Below, one piece after another: positions 27,216 to 37,618 of a stretch of 64,000 nt of DNA (position 1 is the first letter of the stretch; each line of letters begins with the position of its first letter). A program made the position numbers and the translations under genes. This DNA is from Escherichia phage vB_Eco4M-7, in the sequence record MN176217; one strand, written 5' to 3'. Under the pieces are notes generated by a model. That model saw only the letters and a list, made by a program, of their open reading frames with translations, was not told the origin of the DNA and searched no databases.

Positions 27216-27713
27216 ATGGTCAATATTAGTGGATTTGGCACAAGCATTAGAATTGTCGCTCTTCAATCTTTTCCTGTTGGGCTGAATATCAGTTCTTTGT
27301 CTGATGACCAGGATTCGCTAATTATTGAGGAAGTTGAATCAGTAGGTTATCAACTTACTTACGACGGCGGCATTTGCATATACGACAAAGCCGCCGTCGT
27401 TCGCGTATCCATTGCGGTCATTCCAAACACTGAAGATGACATAAATCTTAAGCTTTTATTATCTGCCCGTAAAGGTGGATTCAAGTGGTTGCCAATTCAG
27501 GATGTGACATCAATGCTTATTACATATCCTGACGGTGGAAGGGTGGCATTCTCTAACGGAACAATAATCAGCGGTCCGCTTGGTGACTCCATAGAGCAAT
27601 CAGGCCGTCGCAAGACAAACCGATACACATTTGTGTTTGCCAGCTACGGCGGCGCGCAGAGCACGTCTCAAATTGCCAAGGGCGTGGTGCAGAGCATATT
27701 GGGGTCCATTTAA
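27216..27713 (+). CDS. Tail tube protein paralog
   Basis: Shares MxNxSGFGxSIRxVA, IPNTEDDINL and ITYPxG blocks with 25798..26265. Confidence 0.5.
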   Translation: MVNISGFGTSIRIVALQSFPVGLNISSLSDDQDSLIIEEVESVGYQLTYDGGICIYDKAAVVRVSIAVIPNTEDDINLKLLLSARKGGFKWLPIQDVTSMLITYPDGGRVAFSNGTIISGPLGDSIEQSGRRKTNRYTFVFASYGGAQSTSQIAKGVVQSILGSI

Positions 27714-28246
27714 TGGCTATCGATTTACTGTCATATAGTCTATCAAACAGAAGCTTCACGATAAAGAGCTTCAACCTTGGAGAAGTATCCACGCTTGGAT
27801 GGGCCATAGTCAACGTCAAAATAAGACTCCAAGCGAAGATATTCAAAAACCAAAGGGAAGACGGCAGCTATATTGTCGATGGCAGAGTAAAGATGCCGCG
27901 AATACTCACTGTCACCGTGATAGCGCAAACGAAAAGTGCATCAGATGCAATAGCTAAAATGCTGCAAAACAGGTCGACTATATACACAATTAATTCCCGT
28001 GGTCTAATATTCGAACGTATGGTGCTGCAAAATAACAACTTCAGCCAGGACGCTGACAATATAACGTCTCAGCCCATACAATTGGTCTTCCATGAGATAT
28101 TAACACAGCAGGATGTGTCTATTCAAACAGCGCAGGCAGGCGACTCAACAGTAATAGAGCGCGGCATTGCATACATAAAAGAAACTTCTGCCAGCGTCAC
28201 TGGCGTCGCTACAAAGGTGATGAATGGTATCAAGGGGATGTTCTGA
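27713..28246 (+). CDS. hypothetical tail protein
   Basis: ORF 177 aa. Confidence 0.4.
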   Translation: MAIDLLSYSLSNRSFTIKSFNLGEVSTLGWAIVNVKIRLQAKIFKNQREDGSYIVDGRVKMPRILTVTVIAQTKSASDAIAKMLQNRSTIYTINSRGLIFERMVLQNNNFSQDADNITSQPIQLVFHEILTQQDVSIQTAQAGDSTVIERGIAYIKETSASVTGVATKVMNGIKGMF

Positions 28247-28806
28247 TGGACTTCGTTTCGATTCTGCTTTCTGGTCAATCTTTGACCATAACGAATGAGT
28301 CAACAGGTCTTCCTGTCTGGACAAGGCTTTCACCTGTTTCTGCAGAAATAACATCCCCAGCAGAAACAACTCAATTCCCTCTTGCCGGTACAGCCATGCA
28401 GGTTGTCGAAGTATCAAGCACGTCATCAGTAAGCAATTTACAGGCGGCAAAGGTTGTAATGCCAGCCCATATGGCGTTAAACGTAATTTGCAATGACCAG
28501 TCTACAATTGAAAATATCATAAATTCATTTGATGATGACGAAGTCACATTTTCAATAACTTCTCGAAGCATCATTGCCAGTAAAATGTCGATGTCCGACG
28601 TTGAAATAACCCAGTCAGAAGAAAACTTGAATGGAGTCTCAATAGTAATAACTTTCGAGCAAACGTCATTTAGCATTCAAGGAAGCTTCGACCCTAAACA
28701 ATCTGCAGACGAATCATCAAATGGTGTTGCTATTAAAGAACCAGTCAGTTTGACTACAACTGTGAGTTCGTTATATAATAAAATAAAATCAACAGTAGGA
28801 ATATAA
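28246..28806 (+). CDS. hypothetical tail protein
   Basis: ORF 186 aa. Confidence 0.4.
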   Translation: MDFVSILLSGQSLTITNESTGLPVWTRLSPVSAEITSPAETTQFPLAGTAMQVVEVSSTSSVSNLQAAKVVMPAHMALNVICNDQSTIENIINSFDDDEVTFSITSRSIIASKMSMSDVEITQSEENLNGVSIVITFEQTSFSIQGSFDPKQSADESSNGVAIKEPVSLTTTVSSLYNKIKSTVGI

Positions 28807-28807
28807 A

Positions 28808-29224
28808 ATGAAGATCACCAACAAACAAACTGGTCGTACAGTAGAAATTAAAATCAGCAAAATGACTGCGATGGAAGGCTGGAATATTCAACGTCGCTTT
28901 GTCGAATTTGCAATGTCGAAGGACCCTGCGTTTCGTTCAGAGTATACGATGGAAGTGTTGAGCTTCGCAAAAGTCGAGCTTGATGTGGGCCAAGAAATCC
29001 CATTAAGTACTGGTGCACTAATTGACAACCATCTTGGTGACTGGGAAAACCTTAAAGAAGTCTTCGAAGCAGTCCTCATGGAGAACGGTATAAACCCAGA
29101 TACTCACGCCGAGCGTGAAGGCTACTGGGAACAAGCTGGCGGCGAAATGGCTGCAGCATTCATCGGCGAATCGATGCGATTAATCGCGCCATTCCTCAGC
29201 GGCGAGACTCCAAACAAGGGGTAA
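28808..29224 (+). CDS. Tail assembly chaperone candidate
   Basis: 138 aa acidic protein immediately upstream of tape measure. Confidence 0.4.
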   Translation: MKITNKQTGRTVEIKISKMTAMEGWNIQRRFVEFAMSKDPAFRSEYTMEVLSFAKVELDVGQEIPLSTGALIDNHLGDWENLKEVFEAVLMENGINPDTHAEREGYWEQAGGEMAAAFIGESMRLIAPFLSGETPNKG

Positions 29225-29227
29225 ACT

Positions 29228-31408
29228 GTGTCTGACTCATTAGAAAAATTTGTGCTTCAATATACGGTGGACTTGAAAGAGTCCATCAATCGTCTTGAGC
29301 AATTGCAAGATAAGGTTGATCAGACAAACAAAAAGGCAAAATCCGCTGGCAAAGATTTCTCTGGAGCATTCAAAGATGTTTTTGGCGAGCTAAAGCCGCT
29401 TACTGGTGAGCTAGGGTCAATTGACGGAATACTTGCGCGGCTGACATATCGTTTTGCCGCGCTCGTCCCTGTTGTCGCAGGATTGGCCGTCGTCGTCAAA
29501 TCCATCGTTGATGTTCGAAAAGAATACGAAGCGCAAAGAAAGCTTGGTTTTGAAGCCGGACTCTCTCCAATGGGTGTCGAACAACTACAACGACAGTTGA
29601 ATGAAAGTTCAGGGGGCATCCTTGGCGCACAGGGGTCGCGCGATTTAATCAGCAAAGCTTCTAATTTGGCATTCAACGCATACACCAACCCTGATGTGAT
29701 GAACAAGGACAACTTGTTGCTGAACAAGATGGGGACAAGTCCTTTCAACAGTAACGGCGGCATCAAAGACACGAATCAGCTGCTTGATGAAATTGGAACA
29801 AAGCTGAGAAGTGTTAATGAGCAAACCGCGCGTGCCATTGGTGCTCTGGCAGGATTCACGGCTGATGAAGTCCGCGCCCTTCGTGAGCGCAACCAGTCTG
29901 TGAAAGAAAGCACGCGCATAAGTGACGAAGAAACCGCGAAGCTGCAAAGACAGCAAGCTGCTCTTGAGACTATACGAAATAGTATGGGGCAAATTCAAGA
30001 AGATTGGCGGCGTATTGAACTGGTCATCGGTGAAAACGTTATGCCTGCATTCTCGACGCTTGTCAGCAAAACCGCCGATACAGTCGAAGGATTCCAGATG
30101 ATGTTCCAAAGAATGTCTGACGGATGGAGCGAATTTGTCGACAATTTCATTGCTGACTTGAAACATCCGTTCGACAAGCAGGCCGCTGTCAACGAGCGTC
30201 ACGAGCGTGCCGTTGATAGATGGATCACGCAGATGGCAGACGGCGATGTGAAACGCCAGAGGAATCAAGAGCAGAACGCTGCTGAACAACGTTCTGCACA
30301 GGCGCTTTTCACTCGTGATATAAATCTTTTTTCAAGCGCCGTGTCAACTTTTGCTGGCGTGATTGATGAGCGTCAAGCTTGGGCGGCATGGGCAGGTGAA
30401 ATTGGGCGCAGCGCAGGGCAATCCGCGATGCCTGGAACGCCTGCATTGAATACTGGCGCGACCATAGGGAATAATCTTGGGTCAGGAAACCCGACAGTGT
30501 ATGACTCAATATATGAGGAAGCTTCAAAACGCTATGGCATACCTGTGGCGATGATGAAGGCCGTGACTGAAGTTGAATCTGGATTCAATCCAAATGCTGT
30601 GAGCGGAGCAGGCGCGACTGGTTTGATGCAAATAATGCCTTCTAACTTCAAGGGTCTTGGAATAACCGATGGCAATGATCCTCGACAAAACATTATGGGC
30701 GGCGCTCAACTGTTGAAAGAGTATTTAAACGCTGCCAACGGCGATTGGAATCTTGCGCTGACGATGTATCACGGTGGCTACGACCGCAGCGGCTGGGGCA
30801 AGAATACACGCGCTTATCCTGGAAAGGTCATGGCCGCTCTCGACCGACAATCCAATGGTGAGTATGCCACGGCAGCGCCGCAAGGTGCACCAGTTACTCC
30901 AGTACTTAGCGGTAGCGGAGCGGAAGCGCCAAAGGGCAGCTATGCACCAGTACAAGGCCAATCGCGCCAAACGGTGCAATACAGGCAATTGCAAGAAGCC
31001 ATTGCAGGATACCTGAACGTACCAGTTGAGCAGTTGATGCAGGGACAAGTCAACAAAGGTGATATTGACTTTGCTCAAACTTACCTTAAGCTTGGCACGC
31101 AAAGGGATTATATTAAAAACATGCAACTGGCTTCAACTCCAGGTGTAAGACCGAACATTCAAGCCGAAGCGATGAAAAACGCTCGTCTTGCTGCATTCCA
31201 GCTTGAAGCATTCCAGAAATATGGCGGCGACCTTTCCGCGAATAGTCGACCTGGTGGGCGTGATATTACTATGGGTCAGAAAAACGTTGTCATCAACGTC
31301 AACGGCGCTCAAGACCCACGCAGCACGGCATTCGAAACGAAACGGGTGCTTGAACAAGATGATATCAACGACATAAACAACCTTACTGCTACACCTTTGA
31401 AGTGGTGA
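29228..31408 (+). CDS. Tail tape measure protein with lytic transglycosylase (SLT) domain
   Basis: 726 aa, helical N-terminal half; SLT motifs VTEVESGFNPNAVSGAGATGLMQIMP. Confidence 0.8.
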   Translation: MSDSLEKFVLQYTVDLKESINRLEQLQDKVDQTNKKAKSAGKDFSGAFKDVFGELKPLTGELGSIDGILARLTYRFAALVPVVAGLAVVVKSIVDVRKEYEAQRKLGFEAGLSPMGVEQLQRQLNESSGGILGAQGSRDLISKASNLAFNAYTNPDVMNKDNLLLNKMGTSPFNSNGGIKDTNQLLDEIGTKLRSVNEQTARAIGALAGFTADEVRALRERNQSVKESTRISDEETAKLQRQQAALETIRNSMGQIQEDWRRIELVIGENVMPAFSTLVSKTADTVEGFQMMFQRMSDGWSEFVDNFIADLKHPFDKQAAVNERHERAVDRWITQMADGDVKRQRNQEQNAAEQRSAQALFTRDINLFSSAVSTFAGVIDERQAWAAWAGEIGRSAGQSAMPGTPALNTGATIGNNLGSGNPTVYDSIYEEASKRYGIPVAMMKAVTEVESGFNPNAVSGAGATGLMQIMPSNFKGLGITDGNDPRQNIMGGAQLLKEYLNAANGDWNLALTMYHGGYDRSGWGKNTRAYPGKVMAALDRQSNGEYATAAPQGAPVTPVLSGSGAEAPKGSYAPVQGQSRQTVQYRQLQEAIAGYLNVPVEQLMQGQVNKGDIDFAQTYLKLGTQRDYIKNMQLASTPGVRPNIQAEAMKNARLAAFQLEAFQKYGGDLSANSRPGGRDITMGQKNVVINVNGAQDPRSTAFETKRVLEQDDINDINNLTATPLKW

Positions 31409-31412
31409 TAAT

Positions 31413-32285
31413 TTGAAAAAGAGAATCCTTAAAGTCACCTTATCTATGCCGGATGGCACAAGCCAAGTGCTTGATGAAGGATTGATGCTCAGATGCCGAA
31501 TCAAAAAGGCAGCACTTTCCGTGCAGAATAAGGCCACAATCGAAGTTGCAGGATTGACAGGGTACTTGAGAGAGTACCTGCTTTCCAACTTCACCGCATT
31601 CAACAAACGTCTGCGTGATCAAGGCCAATTGGCGGCGAATTATGTCAACGTAACAATTGAAGCTGGATATAGAGAAGGCAACGTTGTTAGTAGCAACTTA
31701 GTCTACAAGGGGCAAGTCACAACGGTCGAGATAACAGCGCCGCCGCCGAACATCGTCATACGCATCACTTGCTACACCAACCAGATAAACAGGACTAAGT
31801 TTATCACTCAAGCTGCACCGTCAAACCCAACATTCAAAGAGTTTGTGGAGTGGTCGGCAAAGCAAATGGACATTGATACTGTTATATGCGATACTTCGAT
31901 TAACAATCAGCGCCTTGTTAACCCAGGCCGCACAACATATGTTGCAGCCGCCTTGTTGCTTGAGATTCAGAACTATCAAAGGAACTCTATTGCGGCATAT
32001 ATCGATGATGATACGCTCATCGTCAAGGATAAAGACAAAATTCTGAATCCAGAACAGATAACGGTGATTGAGGAATTTGTCGGAATACCGATGTGGAACG
32101 AGTGGGGTGCTGACTTCACTTGCATGTATAACGCGGATTTGAAGCTTGCCCAAGGTGTGAAATTCAAATCAGTCTTAAACCCAAGCTTGAACGACACCAC
32201 ATTTGTCATCATGCAACTTGAATATGATTTAGCAAGTCGTGATGATATATTTACGGTGACGGGCGGCGTTGCACCATCGGCCTAA
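31413..32285 (+). CDS. Tail / baseplate hub protein candidate
   Basis: 290 aa directly after tape measure; TTG start (alternative ATG 31446). Confidence 0.4.
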   Translation: MKKRILKVTLSMPDGTSQVLDEGLMLRCRIKKAALSVQNKATIEVAGLTGYLREYLLSNFTAFNKRLRDQGQLAANYVNVTIEAGYREGNVVSSNLVYKGQVTTVEITAPPPNIVIRITCYTNQINRTKFITQAAPSNPTFKEFVEWSAKQMDIDTVICDTSINNQRLVNPGRTTYVAAALLLEIQNYQRNSIAAYIDDDTLIVKDKDKILNPEQITVIEEFVGIPMWNEWGADFTCMYNADLKLAQGVKFKSVLNPSLNDTTFVIMQLEYDLASRDDIFTVTGGVAPSA

Positions 32286-32287
32286 AT

Positions 32288-32809
32288 ATGAGAAAGAATA
32301 AAGTAATTGAGCTGTTTGGAGTTACTTATGAAATACATCAATTCAGCGCAATAGACGCGTTTGAAATGGTTGATGCGATAAGCATATTAACTCCACTTGA
32401 ATTATTAAGTGAATGTTATGTTATTAAATATGACGGAACTAAAGTCAGATTAAACTCTGAGAAGGCCATAAGTGAAGAAGTGAAAAGTGTGCCAAATCAC
32501 TTGCCGCCCAACCTTGTATTGAAAGTTCTAATGGAAGCGGTGAAGAAGCACAATTTTGGATTCCTCAGTGATTGGAAAGGCACTAAGATCCCAAATAGAT
32601 TCTTGGCTGACGTCCCGACCGTAGAGCCTAATTATCTTGAGCCGATGGTTGCAAGCCTAATAAACAATGGTCTTGCTTCGTTAAAAGAATTGGAAGAATA
32701 TTATTCATTGCGTGATGCATTCGCTATGTTTGATGGACTAATAGCAAAATCACTTAATGAAGCCTACTCAAACGAAGCTGCCATTAAAGAATCAAAGTCA
32801 AATCGCTAA
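32288..32809 (+). CDS. hypothetical baseplate-region protein
   Basis: ORF 173 aa. Confidence 0.4.
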   Translation: MRKNKVIELFGVTYEIHQFSAIDAFEMVDAISILTPLELLSECYVIKYDGTKVRLNSEKAISEEVKSVPNHLPPNLVLKVLMEAVKKHNFGFLSDWKGTKIPNRFLADVPTVEPNYLEPMVASLINNGLASLKELEEYYSLRDAFAMFDGLIAKSLNEAYSNEAAIKESKSNR

Positions 32810-32866
32810 AATATTGCTTATAGACTCCTTATAGATTATAATTTGTTGATCAGATCTAAGGAGTCT

Positions 32867-33595
32867 ATGATGGCAGAAAAGTTAACCCAACTTACAAGCC
32901 CCAACCAAACTGACAAATCAAGTATGTTTGCCGCGCTGCAGGGAATGCTGGACCGTGGCAAGTATACCACTGACGGCATGATTCCTGCACAAGTAATATC
33001 TTATGACCGCAAACAAAATTTAGCAGTCATAAAGCCTGTTATTCATTTCGTAAGTCTTGATGATAAACCAGTGGAGCGTCAACCTTTGGTGTCAATTCCT
33101 GTATTGGCAATTGGCGGCGGCGGCTTCGTGATCAACTTTCCTTTGAAAGAGGGCGATTTGGGCTGGATATTCGCTGGCGACCGCGAGTTGTCGACATTCC
33201 TTGAAGAATTGAAGCCGACCGCGCCTACCAATGGCCGCGCGAAAACTTTCGCTGATGGACTGTTCATACCGGATGTATTCCGAAAATACACCATAAGCGG
33301 AGAGGATGCAGGCTCAATGGTAATTCAGTCACTCAGCGGCGCTGTACGAATCGCATTAAGTGATGACTCGATAAACATAACTGCATCGGCTGGAGTAAAT
33401 GTGAAAACACCAATAACCACTATCGACCAACAATTGATAGTTAATGGAAAGGCAACGTTCAATGGTGGTATAGAAGGGAAAGAAGGAACGACGGCAACGC
33501 TTCCGACTGGCACAACAATCGGCGGCACAAATGTATCCACTCACGGTCACATAGGTAACGGACCTGGAAACAGAACTGGGGATATGATAGAATGA
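32867..33595 (+). CDS. Baseplate protein (spike / gpV-like candidate)
   Basis: ATG 32867 after TAAGGAG RBS; just upstream of baseplate J. Confidence 0.4.
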   Translation: MMAEKLTQLTSPNQTDKSSMFAALQGMLDRGKYTTDGMIPAQVISYDRKQNLAVIKPVIHFVSLDDKPVERQPLVSIPVLAIGGGGFVINFPLKEGDLGWIFAGDRELSTFLEELKPTAPTNGRAKTFADGLFIPDVFRKYTISGEDAGSMVIQSLSGAVRIALSDDSINITASAGVNVKTPITTIDQQLIVNGKATFNGGIEGKEGTTATLPTGTTIGGTNVSTHGHIGNGPGNRTGDMIE

Positions 33596-34863
33596 GTGCA
33601 CAATATTCTTACATAGTAAGCACTGGTGTAATAACCATCGACACAGCCGATTTGCTGGCTGACGTTCAAAGTGAATGGATTGAGTCATTAGGGGTCGGGC
33701 TTGACGTTGATGCCTCGACACCGCAAGGCACCCTAATCGCAACGGAGACTTTGGCAAGAACTTCAGTGATGAAGAACAACGCCGAGCTGGGAAGTCTCAT
33801 CAACCCAAATTATTCGTATGGCGTATACCTTGATGCCATCGCGGCATTGCTTGGGATTGAGCGAACTAAAAACATCAGCACGATGCTAAAAGGAATTACC
33901 GCAGAAGGAATGCCGCTGTTGGAGATTCCTGCTGGAAGTTTGCTGACGGATTCAAACGGTACATACTGGTATGTTCTGGAAGACGTTCAAATCGCTTCGA
34001 CTGGCAAGACAAGCAATATGACTCTTGCATCAAAAGAGTACGGCTCATTCACTGTTGCGCCTGATGAAGAGTTTACCGTGGTGCAAGGATATGACGTCAT
34101 CGGATGGTCAAGAACGTATTCAACATCAGCAACGACGACCGTACCAGGTACGCAATACATGGGCGACGGAGCGTTAAAGGCCGCTCGCGTTAAGCGCCTT
34201 TACCAGCAGGGAATTGCATCGCTTGGTGCTATTCGCGCTCGCGCCATGTCGGTCGACGGCGTGGAATCGGTTATGGTCGTGGAGAACGACACGGGATTGC
34301 CTGGAACGGTGCGCGGCATCACCTTTTCAACGCCTAACGGTGTCTGGGTGTGCGCAAGCGGAACGTTCGATAAGCAAGTTTTTGCTGAGACTATTTTCAA
34401 GGCAAAGATGGGCGGCCAGCCGTGGGACTTTGGTGCTACCAACCAGGGTGATCCAGTCAACTCGCCTGATGGAATAGAAGTTGTCGACGAAGAATCGCAA
34501 CTGTCTTATTTCGTAAAGTTCAACACTGCTGTCATATATGACTTGTATGTCGATATTACTGTTGTAAGAGGCACCGCAACCGCCGATGCCGAATCTATTA
34601 TTGCCGCTGTGTTGAATTACGGTAATGGAAATTTTAACGGCGAGCAAGGATATGCAGTGGGCCAATCTCAATCTTCTTTTGAGATTGCTTCAGCAGTGTC
34701 TTGCGAGTATCCAGGTCTGTACATTAAAGATTGCAAAATTGCAGCAGTAAAAAGCGGACAGGCAGCGCCAAATTATCCATCCGATTACGGCAGCGAGTGG
34801 ATTGCCAACCCTTGGGATAAGGCGAATACTATGCGCGGCTTCATCAACGTTAAATTTGTGTGA
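33592..34863 (+). CDS. Baseplate J-like protein
   Basis: 423 aa; position and composition typical of baseplate wedge J family. Confidence 0.55.
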   Translation: MSAQYSYIVSTGVITIDTADLLADVQSEWIESLGVGLDVDASTPQGTLIATETLARTSVMKNNAELGSLINPNYSYGVYLDAIAALLGIERTKNISTMLKGITAEGMPLLEIPAGSLLTDSNGTYWYVLEDVQIASTGKTSNMTLASKEYGSFTVAPDEEFTVVQGYDVIGWSRTYSTSATTTVPGTQYMGDGALKAARVKRLYQQGIASLGAIRARAMSVDGVESVMVVENDTGLPGTVRGITFSTPNGVWVCASGTFDKQVFAETIFKAKMGGQPWDFGATNQGDPVNSPDGIEVVDEESQLSYFVKFNTAVIYDLYVDITVVRGTATADAESIIAAVLNYGNGNFNGEQGYAVGQSQSSFEIASAVSCEYPGLYIKDCKIAAVKSGQAAPNYPSDYGSEWIANPWDKANTMRGFINVKFV

Positions 34864-34869
34864 GGAACT

Positions 34870-37608
34870 ATGCAAAAGTTTGACACAAACCTGTTGCAAA
34901 ACCTTAAGTGGATGCAGAACAACGCGCCAAACATCACATCTTTGGTTCAGAAGAAGAGTGACTGGTATGAGCGATATCAAGATCAGTTTTGGATTGACTG
35001 GTACAAGAACATATTCAACATTGATACTTGTGATGCAATGGGCATCTATATTTGGTGTGACATACTATGCATACCAAGGGATTTTGTTGACTTAAGCAAC
35101 TATGAGCACAACTGGGCATTTGGACCCACACGCGACAACTTCGAAGGGCCGGACAATATCGGCGGCAACTTCTTTGGTGCTGGCGGAAAGGTTGTGAAAA
35201 ACATCGAAGAAGCCCGCATCCTTCTGAAGCTTCGTTATCTGACGCTTACAAGTGATGGCCGCATAGAAAGCATCAACCGTATGCTTAAGTGGATTTTCAA
35301 CCGTGGAGAAGATTGGGATTACTCTTCATCGCGCTACGCATATGTGACAGATAATACTCAAGGCGCGGTGTCTTCTTCTGAAGCAACAAACGGCTCATTC
35401 CTTCTGTACGACTGGCAGGGGTCAACTGAGATTCAGCACGATTATAAACAAGTTCTTTTGAGCCACGGCAACAACGCAGGACTTACCATAAGTGGGGTGG
35501 CAGGGACCGTTTCGCGAATGGCACACCCAGACTGGTATTCATGGGGTAATGGTTCCGGCGCTGGTATTGTCGGCGGTGATACACGACAATATGGCGGCCC
35601 TGACTATTACGGCCAACTGTGCGGTGACTACCCAGGAGAGGCCATAGAGAATTTCGCCAACGCAGTACGGGTCATCAAGACCGCTTCCAGCGGCGAGCCT
35701 GTGTATTCTTTGGCCAATAATCCAAGCGCCAAATCTATTGCTCTTCCTTCTCAGGCTGGTGTAAACGTTTGCTATAGCTTCTACATAAAAGTGCTTTCTG
35801 AAAACGTGGCTTCTGTTTCCGTAACAGAGAACAGTGATGCATCGAGTAATGGAAAACTTTTCGACCCAGTGACTGGGCAGTTCAACCTTGACTCTTCTTT
35901 GAGTTATTTCATCACAGGCAAGTTCGACGGTGTGAGAAGGGAATCAAACCGTGGTGGCATCAAGGCAATCGGCGGCGATTGGTACAGAATCTGGATTGTA
36001 GAGCAAACTGCAAACGCGACGGCTGGGGTGAAAACAAGCTTTTCAATTGAGTTGAAAGCAACTGCCGCTGGATCAACCCAGACTCGCGAATTGCCTGAAG
36101 GGTCTGATGCGCTTCTTTTTGGATACTCCATTTGTGTTTGCGACCCTGTTCAAAATCCTAATGGACCTGAGCCTTATTTCTATGGGACTCAAAATCCTCC
36201 TGCAGATGGAACGGCAATCCTGTCTGTTACGGCAGGAACGCTCAACAACATATCTTGCGCAAACGGTCCGTTGACAACAAGGGATGGCGTGGTAGGTGAA
36301 TCATTCATGCAGCCTGGTTCATCGCTTGCATACTCTGGTTCAATCGACGGCTACCCGTACCCAGGAAACGCAACATTGATTGCAGAGACTGACGGCATCA
36401 GACGCTCATGGAACGTTAGCCGATTGGACGGCGTACCGCCGCCGCCGACCGCTGACTATTACATGGAATATGTCATCGGGCCTTATTTCGCCAACAACTT
36501 ATCCGACAACTTTAAGACGCTAGTTGGCGACAGGAATGAAGGATTCTTGCCAGCAAATGCCGGAATACGTTGGCAGCTTTACCAAGAAGTCGCAGACTTA
36601 TCTGATATTGATTTGACTGTCAGCAACATAACAGACACGCGAGTAGGATTCGAAACGGAAGGTGTCGCATGGATTAACACTGACGGCATCATCAGAGTTG
36701 GCGGCATAAACGAGTGGCCGTTGAACAACTTCAAAGGTGTTATACGACAGCTTGAATCTTTGAAAGGTGTGAACCAAGTTATCGACGGCGCACTTGTCAA
36801 CGACTATTCAATCTCAAAAGCATCAAGAGATGACTTTGGTCGTGAAATCCCACGTGCCGCGATCACAAACTACTGGCGATACACACAACCCAATGACGGC
36901 ACATCTTTTGGCAATATCGTCAAGGACGGAGATAACACGGTAACGGCGACGCCAATCAGCGGTGTGCCCAACCAGTTCCCATCATTCAAGCTTTCCGCTA
37001 CAATAGGGACTGTGCCAGCATCCGGCTATGCACGTGCTGTACTTGCTACTAAATACACTGGCAACCTGACTGGTCCTTTGTCATTTATCGCAATAGTTAA
37101 AAACAACACGGTAAACGGTCAAAAACTTTTCGTAACCGTACCGGATGGTATGGGCGGCTATATCCCTAAATTCTACAGCATAGGCGCAGGTGATTTGCAA
37201 CGTATCGAAATTGACCTTGCCGCTGAGATTGTTGCAGGAACGACTTGGGATGGTTCGACAGGTGGAATCAGCATTGGTTTGATATCAGGGAAAGACTTGC
37301 CGACCGAAGTTGGTACGACTCTTGAACTTGATATTTTAAGCTTGATGCTTGTTTCTGGTAATACGATGAATGCGCTTGCGATTTCAACAAGCGAAGACTT
37401 TGCAAAGAAAACTGCAACTTCTATATACATCAAAAACCCAGGGTCACTGGCGACTGGAGTTCAATTGATAGCTTCGAATGGGGATGTTGTAGCGACAGTA
37501 AACTTTCCAAGAAGTGCTGCTGGCGGTTATGTTTCAAGCATGAATATAACTGACTTAACTGGTGATTGGGCATCAACCCTTTTATCAAAAATTAAATACA
37601 TCGTGTAG
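34870..37608 (+). CDS. Large tail fibre / baseplate wedge protein
   Basis: 912 aa, G/T/S/N-rich, between baseplate J and distal fibre gene. Confidence 0.5.
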   Translation: MQKFDTNLLQNLKWMQNNAPNITSLVQKKSDWYERYQDQFWIDWYKNIFNIDTCDAMGIYIWCDILCIPRDFVDLSNYEHNWAFGPTRDNFEGPDNIGGNFFGAGGKVVKNIEEARILLKLRYLTLTSDGRIESINRMLKWIFNRGEDWDYSSSRYAYVTDNTQGAVSSSEATNGSFLLYDWQGSTEIQHDYKQVLLSHGNNAGLTISGVAGTVSRMAHPDWYSWGNGSGAGIVGGDTRQYGGPDYYGQLCGDYPGEAIENFANAVRVIKTASSGEPVYSLANNPSAKSIALPSQAGVNVCYSFYIKVLSENVASVSVTENSDASSNGKLFDPVTGQFNLDSSLSYFITGKFDGVRRESNRGGIKAIGGDWYRIWIVEQTANATAGVKTSFSIELKATAAGSTQTRELPEGSDALLFGYSICVCDPVQNPNGPEPYFYGTQNPPADGTAILSVTAGTLNNISCANGPLTTRDGVVGESFMQPGSSLAYSGSIDGYPYPGNATLIAETDGIRRSWNVSRLDGVPPPPTADYYMEYVIGPYFANNLSDNFKTLVGDRNEGFLPANAGIRWQLYQEVADLSDIDLTVSNITDTRVGFETEGVAWINTDGIIRVGGINEWPLNNFKGVIRQLESLKGVNQVIDGALVNDYSISKASRDDFGREIPRAAITNYWRYTQPNDGTSFGNIVKDGDNTVTATPISGVPNQFPSFKLSATIGTVPASGYARAVLATKYTGNLTGPLSFIAIVKNNTVNGQKLFVTVPDGMGGYIPKFYSIGAGDLQRIEIDLAAEIVAGTTWDGSTGGISIGLISGKDLPTEVGTTLELDILSLMLVSGNTMNALAISTSEDFAKKTATSIYIKNPGSLATGVQLIASNGDVVATVNFPRSAAGGYVSSMNITDLTGDWASTLLSKIKYIV

Positions 37609-37618
37609 AGGAACGGCA

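Noticed and set aside
29645-30289. Minus-strand 214-aa ORF inside the tape measure gene
   Set aside because: Antisense to a gene with clear SLT-domain motifs; likely spurious
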